This document shows positions 26,402 through 33,472 of a DNA stretch of 64,000 bases, piece after piece. The translations under genes were made by a program, and so were the position numbers. The DNA is taken from IMG/VR virus record IMGVR_UViG_3300012984_000010; one strand, written 5' to 3'. Below the pieces are notes generated by a model, which was not told where the DNA came from, made no database searches, and worked only from the letters and a program-made list of their open reading frames with translations. Source of the DNA: a virus. Lineage: Duplodnaviria; Caudoviricetes. How positions within the stretch are numbered: position 1 is the first letter of the stretch; each line of letters starts with the position of its first letter.

Positions 26402-28386
26402 AGTCGAACTTTCTGATGGCTCCCAAACTCGATATTCTGGCTAGCTGTCTTTAGTTCGGGTTGGAGGTCAAAGCTCCCATCATCGTGCTGGAGCTGATAC
26501 TCTTGCATCACGCTCAAGCCGTTGTTCATGAGGCTTTCGTACGACACGACAGTTGAGGCGCCAGAGGCCAAAATGGCTCGTTGTTCGGCCATTTTGTCGA
26601 TATAAGGGGGTTCAACTACCAATTGCTTGTTGATGACTGAGCAGAAGCCAGGACGAGTTTGATGCACACAGGAAGCGCACTTGTCCCCTACCTTCAGGTA
26701 CTGTACTGCCGCCCTAGAACGGTGGGCTGTTGAGGCAGTGGCACAACCCTTCCCATAGTCGTCATAGACGGTGGGATCGATGTACTTGATACCCTGTAGA
26801 CCCTGTTCGGCCAACACCACTTTGAGCTCACCCGCTGTTGCTTGAAGGTCCCGTACGTCAAAACGGCTCTTCAGCAGATTGAGCAGGTCTTGGCCGTAAA
26901 GGCCTTCGTTCATGTACTTGGAAGCCGACTTTAGGATCTCTCGTTTGGTCAACTCATTGGTGCTGGCAGCCCTGGATTGCCCATAGAAAGCCTTCTCAAT
27001 CGAACTACGGACCGCTGAGCCGCTGGACGCCAACGGGGCAGAAGCGGCCTTGTGGATGGCCTTGAGAGCCTCAACTGGAGTCGGACCCCACGAACACTTG
27101 GCAGCATCGTGCGGCAACTTTCCTGCAATGCGGTGCTCATCCAACACCGCTGCAACCGTGGTGGGGGTCAAGACTGCTTCAGCAGAAGCCACCAATGCGC
27201 GGCCGTACATCATGCAGCGGCCCACCTTGTTGAAGATACAGGTCTGGCACTTGTCACCCGCCACAATGGCTCGAACCTTCGATCCGTGCTTGTTGATAAA
27301 GTCCGCCCCCTCTCGACAATCATCGAACGAGGTCTGATTGGAGTAAACAGCCCCATAGAGGCCTGCTTGCTTGAACAACGGCACCCACTCGGACTTGGTT
27401 TCCTCAAGCAACGTCAGGTCGAAAGCGAGCCTCAACGCATGAACCAGCTCTGGCTCACTATGACCCTTGAGCATTTCACGGCTCAAAAGAGCAATGATTG
27501 GGCGGGCCTTGGAAGCTGCGATCTTTTGCTGAGCTTCAACATCCCGCTTCTTGGTCAGGCTCGCGACTGCAATCAATTGCTCAGAAGTGTTGCCTTGAGG
27601 GATAGGAGCTTGTGGAGCTTGTGGTCGGCCCGTAAAGGCTACTGGAATGGTCGACATCTCACCCAAAAAGGCTTGACGAATACGTTCCTTGGGGGTGCTT
27701 CCCGTAGAAGCCTGGACCGATCTTCCCCTTGCCGCTTGTTGTTTCTCAATCGTACTGGCCAACGCTTCAGTGTATGGAACCTCAATCTGAAGGTCCTTGT
27801 GAAACACACCACACACACTGCTACCGTCAGCCTGCACAGAGCGGTGTACACAATCACCGCAAGCCTGCTTGGCAAGAACGAACGGAGCGTCTAGGGCGAA
27901 ACGGCGGACGAACTCTGAAGCAGTTTTACCCCCTTTAGCACAATCAGGGAAGTCGGCCGCGCTGATGTACAGCTTACCAAGTAGACCACGCTCAGCCATG
28001 ACGGTCGCCAGAGCGGTTTTGGCTAGACCCAAGACGGTAGAGTCGTACCTAGAAGATAAGGCATGACTGATCTTCTGGGGGTCCGTTGACTGCATAATCG
28101 CCAAACGAGCAGTACGAATCAAATCTTCTGGGACAGAACGGAGTTTTCCGTGGATAGACGACAGATCGCCCATCGTCTTTGGTTCCCCCTTGTTGGGTAC
28201 CAATCTTGAAGGAGACTCGTCCTGATGGTTCCACAAGGCAATCAGATCTGGAGCGATATCCAGATTCTGCTTTGGCAGGCGATCCTGAGCACGATACTCA
28301 GCCTCATCGACATCCAGCCAATCCAAATCTGAGACGCCGGAGCTGCCCTCTTTCATAAAGTTGGTCAAGTCGCCAAGATCAGCCAT
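26398..28386 (-). CDS. Protein with three internal Cys-rich repeats
   Basis: GLxGxxY...DC...CxxC...C unit repeated three times. Confidence 0.65.
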   Translation of the reverse strand: MADLGDLTNFMKEGSSGVSDLDWLDVDEAEYRAQDRLPKQNLDIAPDLIALWNHQDESPSRLVPNKGEPKTMGDLSSIHGKLRSVPEDLIRTARLAIMQSTDPQKISHALSSRYDSTVLGLAKTALATVMAERGLLGKLYISAADFPDCAKGGKTASEFVRRFALDAPFVLAKQACGDCVHRSVQADGSSVCGVFHKDLQIEVPYTEALASTIEKQQAARGRSVQASTGSTPKERIRQAFLGEMSTIPVAFTGRPQAPQAPIPQGNTSEQLIAVASLTKKRDVEAQQKIAASKARPIIALLSREMLKGHSEPELVHALRLAFDLTLLEETKSEWVPLFKQAGLYGAVYSNQTSFDDCREGADFINKHGSKVRAIVAGDKCQTCIFNKVGRCMMYGRALVASAEAVLTPTTVAAVLDEHRIAGKLPHDAAKCSWGPTPVEALKAIHKAASAPLASSGSAVRSSIEKAFYGQSRAASTNELTKREILKSASKYMNEGLYGQDLLNLLKSRFDVRDLQATAGELKVVLAEQGLQGIKYIDPTVYDDYGKGCATASTAHRSRAAVQYLKVGDKCASCVHQTRPGFCSVINKQLVVEPPYIDKMAEQRAILASGASTVVSYESLMNNGLSVMQEYQLQHDDGSFDLQPELKTASQNIEFGSHQKVRL

Positions 28387-29711
28387 CAGTTCGTCCTGTC
28401 TGTTTTTTCGGGCCTATTGTGTATTGGATCTGGCCGGTAAGTGTGAGTGCTGTAGTCGTATCGCACATAAGGAGTTTCCAAGTCCTCGTACGTATAGTCT
28501 GTGTTCATCATGCTGGGAGACATCTGACCTGCAGGAGTAGGTTCCCCCGGCATCTCTGATTGAGCAAACGTGTCGTCCCCTCGATAGTAATCTGAACGAG
28601 CGACCGGCCTATCCCCATCATTGGGCAGCTCTCCAGCCGCATGGTGATCGCTGACTGCGGCATCGAACTCTGGAGTGGTGTCTCCCGAGGAGCCGGCAGG
28701 AGTGCCTGGCAAACCAGAGGTAGGACCGTAAACCCCCTTATTGCCGTAACCCTCGCCAGAGGGGTTACCGTACCCACCTGCACCCTCTCCTTTGGCCCCA
28801 TAACCAAGACCAAAATCATAGGCGTCTGTGGGGGTTGGTTCCGTGACAGCACCAGGCATAGATGATCCAGAGTATCGACTAGGAATGTAGCCCGCCCCCT
28901 GGTCGTAAGGCTGTCGTTCGATCATAGAAGGATGACCCCAACCATCGTACGCCATCTCTGGCTCAGGTTGATCTTCTCGATCCAAGTGTTCTACCCTAGG
29001 GCCTCCCAATTCAGTTGGAGACACTGAGGAATTGCTTTGATGGTTGTAACTGGCTTCCTTCGAGCGAGTCATCGGCTTAGCCTGATCGACCTCACTACCA
29101 GAGCCTCCAGGTAGGCTTGACGCCTCAGCTTCCTCTGATTCGTCCTGATCCTCACCGCCGTCATTCTCAGCGTCGATCTCTTCCTCTTCCTCTTCAGACT
29201 CAGCGGTAGGGTCTTCGAGAATTCCTTCCGATTTTTCGACGTAGCGTTCGATGTCCTCGGCATCGTTTTCATCCAGCATTGCTAGACGAGGGCGCCAATG
29301 TGGAGCTGTGATCTCATCGTGAAGTGTATCAGTGATAGCACTCAAAGCTTCACAAGCGGCGTACAGCTTCTTACGAATATCCGGAACCCCCATCACGTAC
29401 CCACGACCACCCAACATGCCGTCAGGACTGACGGTGGCGGACTTCAGGCGACTCAGGTGCTTGTAAGCTGTCAGAGCGTGTCCCAGCGCAACACTTGAGG
29501 CCCAGAGCGTTTGAGCCATTGGCTTCAAAGCCTTGGGATCAAAGGGGTGGTCTTTAGGGATATTTCGCTTTGCTGTCAGGCTGCCGCCACCCCCACCATC
29601 TATCTCCCCACCCTCTTCCGGGGGAGTGGGGTCAGACGGAGGAAAGGCGGCTGTTTTCTGTACAGCGGCTGCCTTCGTCATAACTCGCTTGATGAGATCT
29701 CGATTGGACAC
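28386..29711 (-). CDS. Acidic Gly/Pro-rich probable head protein
   Basis: 441 aa; helical N-terminal domain and a low-complexity tail with S-x-[LM]-P-G repeats. Confidence 0.55.
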   Translation of the reverse strand: MSNRDLIKRVMTKAAAVQKTAAFPPSDPTPPEEGGEIDGGGGGSLTAKRNIPKDHPFDPKALKPMAQTLWASSVALGHALTAYKHLSRLKSATVSPDGMLGGRGYVMGVPDIRKKLYAACEALSAITDTLHDEITAPHWRPRLAMLDENDAEDIERYVEKSEGILEDPTAESEEEEEEIDAENDGGEDQDESEEAEASSLPGGSGSEVDQAKPMTRSKEASYNHQSNSSVSPTELGGPRVEHLDREDQPEPEMAYDGWGHPSMIERQPYDQGAGYIPSRYSGSSMPGAVTEPTPTDAYDFGLGYGAKGEGAGGYGNPSGEGYGNKGVYGPTSGLPGTPAGSSGDTTPEFDAAVSDHHAAGELPNDGDRPVARSDYYRGDDTFAQSEMPGEPTPAGQMSPSMMNTDYTYEDLETPYVRYDYSTHTYRPDPIHNRPEKTDRTN

Positions 29712-29714
29712 AAA

Positions 29715-29999
29715 TCAACCTTTTACTGGAGAGGTGTTGTCAAACTGACGCTCAATGTAGAAGTCTTCGCCTTCTTTGCGGATAGACCAAAGGTCATTGG
29801 TCGACAAATGAACCAGTTCGTTCGAAGCTGTCCTCGTGAAGCCCTTGAGCTGATCCAAAGAAGCGACACGAATCCTGGCCGGCTTGACAGCAGCTGCCTT
29901 TTGGCCAAAAGGGGAGATAATGGTTGGTTCGGACTCAAAGAATGCGTCCATACCTGAAGCAGTGCTCTGAATGTTGGATAGTTTGAAGTCAGCCATCAA
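29715..29999 (-). CDS. Small hypothetical late protein
   Basis: 94 aa; RVAS and RTAS motifs. Confidence 0.6.
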   Translation of the reverse strand: MMADFKLSNIQSTASGMDAFFESEPTIISPFGQKAAAVKPARIRVASLDQLKGFTRTASNELVHLSTNDLWSIRKEGEDFYIERQFDNTSPVKG

Positions 30000-30003
30000 T
30001 ACC

Positions 30004-30930
30004 TCACGTAATCACAAGTCTAATGAGAACATCCGTGTAATCGTTTGCACTGTAACCACTGATCCTAAGGGTTTCCTCGTAGGTCCCCAGATACAACCCC
30101 TCCACAGGGGCGACCGAGACAGTGATGTTCTGATTCTGGGCGGCACCCAAGGTCCCACTGCTAGGAGTGAACCCAGACAACCAATTCTGGGATAGCCCCG
30201 TCAACCGAGCAATCTGGAAATCCAAGACTGATCCAGAAGGTCCGGTGTTGGTCACCATAAAGGACATGTCGGAGATTGGCGGAAAAGGACCACTCAACGG
30301 GCGGGCTGCCGTGAAAATGACCAATGCCGTGGAGGTCCCAATGACGGCCTTTGGCCGAACATTGATCGTGACAGGAAGCGTCTGGACAGTATTTGTGGCT
30401 CTAGGGTCCTGGACGGTGATGGTGGCGTGATATGGGCTGCCACTGGTCAGCAATGAGGTGGAGTCCACCGCAACATCGAAATTACCGTACTGGTTGGGCG
30501 CCAAACCCCCCACCACAGCAGGGGAAACGTCCACATAAGGAGCGGAAGATGACAACGAAGCATCGAGCAAGGACCCGAAAACTCCAGAATTGGTCACTGT
30601 ACTGGTCTGAGCGAGAGAAAACCCTCGACCCTCATCCACATCAAAAGTGAGTGAGGTGGGCGGGCCCAGCAAGATGGTGGGCTTGTAGCTCTCCTTCAGA
30701 GTCTGGATCGAGTCTGCCATCGACTGCACCACATCCCCAGGGAGTGGGATCGAATCTCTCAAAAACCCATAAGGCGTAAAGATATCAACGATTTGGAATG
30801 TAGGCTCTAGGCCCGACACATCCATTCGCGTAGTCCAGCTCCACGTTCTGGAATTTACCAGGACACTGAACTTTATATCTTGGGTTTGAATCCTGGAAGG
30901 GGGGAACGGCAAGGTAGACTCCTCCACCAA
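30004..30930 (-). CDS. Structural protein with two Ig-like (BACON-type) domains
   Basis: Two copies of SLxF...VTNxG..GS.L...(S)..W/Y(L/V)..P..G.L...ITV. Confidence 0.65.
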   Translation of the reverse strand: MVEESTLPFPPSRIQTQDIKFSVLVNSRTWSWTTRMDVSGLEPTFQIVDIFTPYGFLRDSIPLPGDVVQSMADSIQTLKESYKPTILLGPPTSLTFDVDEGRGFSLAQTSTVTNSGVFGSLLDASLSSSAPYVDVSPAVVGGLAPNQYGNFDVAVDSTSLLTSGSPYHATITVQDPRATNTVQTLPVTINVRPKAVIGTSTALVIFTAARPLSGPFPPISDMSFMVTNTGPSGSVLDFQIARLTGLSQNWLSGFTPSSGTLGAAQNQNITVSVAPVEGLYLGTYEETLRISGYSANDYTDVLIRLVIT

Positions 30931-30940
30931 TTGCCTCCCT

Positions 30941-30954
30941 ATAAGTAAAAAAGG
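30941..30954 (-). promoter_or_regulatory. Late-type motif CCTTTTTTACTTAT at the start of the head module
   Basis: Variant of the recurrent motif; TTTTTACTTAT also occurs at 17186-17196. Confidence 0.5.
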
Positions 30955-30961
30955 CTTATTT

Positions 30962-31005
30962 CTAGAGGTCTTAGGCTACAATCCTTAGTGTAGATCGACC
31001 TCTAG
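30962..31005 (-). terminator. Hairpin at the early/late module boundary (terminator-like)
   Basis: CTAGAGGTC/GACCTCTAG 9-bp stem with an inner CTACA/TGTAG stem; the T6 run is about 9 nt downstream, which is non-canonical. Confidence 0.45.
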
Positions 31006-31008
31006 GCC

Positions 31009-31662
31009 TCAAGTACATTCGTCGCCGCCCCGATCCTTCCATTGAGGTAACGACACTTCCCTACGTATGTTGAAATTCTGAGCGATGGCGCTGAATATTT
31101 TCTCGTATGGGCGATACTGTTCGTCCTTGTCGGCTGTCTCTTGCAAAGTCTTGACCGCCTTGAAGAAGCGATGGCGGACCCGCCCTTGAGTGAGACCTAG
31201 TTTGGACGCTACCTCTGATTGGCATGTGGACACCCACATACCGATCAGGATATCGATATCGATCTTCTGGGGGAAGATGGTCGCCAGGTTGGTCTCAAGG
31301 TCCTCTTTTGACACGGTTGGGATCGAGAGCAGGAATTTGAGACGCTTGATACCTCGGTCCAAACGATAACTGATAGCCGCCTGAGTGACCCCAAAGATGG
31401 CGGCAATATCTGCTTGACGCTTCTTTTGAATGAAATAGAGGTAGATCAGGTCCGCTTCTCGTTCTGGGATGCAGTCCAGCAGAGGGGAGATCCGACTCTC
31501 ATAGTCCCCATCCGACAAGTAATCGGACAACACATCCGCGCTTACATTGGTTACGAGATCTTCATCTATTTTCTCGTCCTCATTGTCGAACCTGGGGTCC
31601 TCAGATGAGAAACGATTGGCCAGCTCTGAAGGGTCGATGGAGATAACGTAACCATTACTCAT
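31009..31662 (-). CDS. Sigma-70 region-4-like protein with two HTH units
   Basis: IPEREADLIYLYF...QADIAAIFGVTQAAISYRL and CQSEVASKLGLTQGRVRHRF. Confidence 0.7.
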   Translation of the reverse strand: MSNGYVISIDPSELANRFSSEDPRFDNEDEKIDEDLVTNVSADVLSDYLSDGDYESRISPLLDCIPEREADLIYLYFIQKKRQADIAAIFGVTQAAISYRLDRGIKRLKFLLSIPTVSKEDLETNLATIFPQKIDIDILIGMWVSTCQSEVASKLGLTQGRVRHRFFKAVKTLQETADKDEQYRPYEKIFSAIAQNFNIRREVSLPQWKDRGGDECT

Positions 31663-31663
31663 T

Positions 31664-33472
31664 TTACTCAGGTCTCCTGAAGAAGGTATTCAGCAGCTCG
31701 GGCTGGATATCGTAGTCCGCCAGAATGGCCTGCGCCACGTTGGGGTCCATATCTGTGGGGATCGATTCGATATCGACATCCACCAGAGACATGAGTTCCA
31801 CATTTATTCTAATTTGCGGTTCGAAGCTGCGCAACCTCTCATACTGACCTTTAGTCAAACCAGTGAGGCCTGACCGATAGACGGCATCCACAGACCCATG
31901 AGCTTGGATAAGCGCTTTCAGGACTTTCTTGGGTACACGCGGGACGCCCGGGATATTGTCAGAGTCGTCCCCGTAAAAGGCTCGGAGTTGAACCATCTTG
32001 GACGGCGCGACTCCGATAGTTTCTAGAACGGTGGTAGGGTCGAACAAGATCTCGTTGCGCGAGCCGACCGGCGGAATCAAAAGCGAAGTATCGTCATTGA
32101 CGAGTTGCAACAAATCTTTATCGGTAGAGAACATGACGTTCTTCTGCCGAGCAAGTTCACGCCTAGTCAGGGTGGCGATCACATCGTCCGCCTCCTCTTC
32201 CTTGTTCCAAGCCTGTCGGACACCCAACAATGGGAGGATCTTCTTCAGGACGGTCAGATCTGGAGGATTGGAGTTCCTTTGCGCCTTGTACTCAGAAAAA
32301 CGTGACTTGCGACGCTTCGAGCTGCCGTCCCAAGTTACGTAGAGAGCAGCATCAGGGTACCTCTTCTTGAGGGACCCTAGACTACGAAGAAATCCTACCA
32401 TAGCCCCTGTCGGACGTCCCTTACTGTCCGTAAGATTGGACAATCCAGGTGCGTAGGCACAACGGCACGCCAGATTGTGCCCATCCACGATCACATTTTC
32501 GACCATATCTTTTTCCTGCTTATGTGCCAAAGCCCTAGAAATACTGTCAACATCATCCCAAAGATTGCGAATCCTTTTCAGGATCCCGTCTATCTTGGTC
32601 AACTTGTCTAGCTTGGACTGCAGACTGTTGAATACAATATCACTGTAACGATCATTGTTGAACGCCACATAACTGTACAGAAGTCGGCCCCTAGATTCCC
32701 AATCCCGCATCTTCTTCAAGTGCTCTGTTTTCTCGCGGATTTGCGACAACATCTTTGAGAAAGCGGGGGTATCTTTCAGAAATAGCTGTAGATCGGAGAT
32801 CGCAGTTAGCTTGCGATACCAGATTTCCACATGAGCATAGGTTCGATACGTCTGGACCAAATCATCAAAAGGGGCGGTCCATCGTACTATAGGATAGGCT
32901 GCCATCGCCCAATCACGGAGTGCCGTTAGACGACTATTCTCATTCGATAACGGGGCTCTCTCTTCAACGACAAGGAAGCTCCTAGGAAGCGTCACCAAAC
33001 TCTGTTTGGATCGCAGATCGATCCAGACCTGTACCTTCCCTTCCTCGGGAATCTCCTCGATGACTTTGGCCCCCATGTTTTTATAGGGGCCGGAAGTGAT
33101 GCGGACCCTATCCCCAATACCGATCCCCTGATCTACCAGGAGTCGTATTTGCTCTTTCATTTTGTCTATAGCGGAATCTTCCACTGTGGACAATTTCCTA
33201 GCTCGACCCGTCATACCAGGCAGAGCAAGGACTGACTGGATGTATTTAGTGTTCTCTAGGCGAAAGTATTCCTGAGGAGCTCTGTCAAGCCGAACGAACA
33301 CATACCCTTCCATCAGTATGTGGACGGACCGCGCATCTGCTATTTGAGTGACAGCCGCTGGAACAAACACCTCGGCTCTCTTCAACGAACGGAGGATCGC
33401 CGATTTGATAATCTCAGGATCTTCCTGATCACCCCTAGAGGTGAGCTCCAATACGACCCACGACCCCATCAA
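31664..33472 (-). CDS. NusG (NGN+KOW) domain fused to a 5'-3' exonuclease/flap endonuclease
   Basis: N-terminus WVVL...VFVP...LMEGYVFV...IGDRVRITSGPY; C-terminus IVDGHN, TWDG, EADDVIAT, STDKDLLQL, GDDSDNIPGV. Confidence 0.85.
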   Translation of the reverse strand: MMGSWVVLELTSRGDQEDPEIIKSAILRSLKRAEVFVPAAVTQIADARSVHILMEGYVFVRLDRAPQEYFRLENTKYIQSVLALPGMTGRARKLSTVEDSAIDKMKEQIRLLVDQGIGIGDRVRITSGPYKNMGAKVIEEIPEEGKVQVWIDLRSKQSLVTLPRSFLVVEERAPLSNENSRLTALRDWAMAAYPIVRWTAPFDDLVQTYRTYAHVEIWYRKLTAISDLQLFLKDTPAFSKMLSQIREKTEHLKKMRDWESRGRLLYSYVAFNNDRYSDIVFNSLQSKLDKLTKIDGILKRIRNLWDDVDSISRALAHKQEKDMVENVIVDGHNLACRCAYAPGLSNLTDSKGRPTGAMVGFLRSLGSLKKRYPDAALYVTWDGSSKRRKSRFSEYKAQRNSNPPDLTVLKKILPLLGVRQAWNKEEEADDVIATLTRRELARQKNVMFSTDKDLLQLVNDDTSLLIPPVGSRNEILFDPTTVLETIGVAPSKMVQLRAFYGDDSDNIPGVPRVPKKVLKALIQAHGSVDAVYRSGLTGLTKGQYERLRSFEPQIRINVELMSLVDVDIESIPTDMDPNVAQAILADYDIQPELLNTFFRRPE

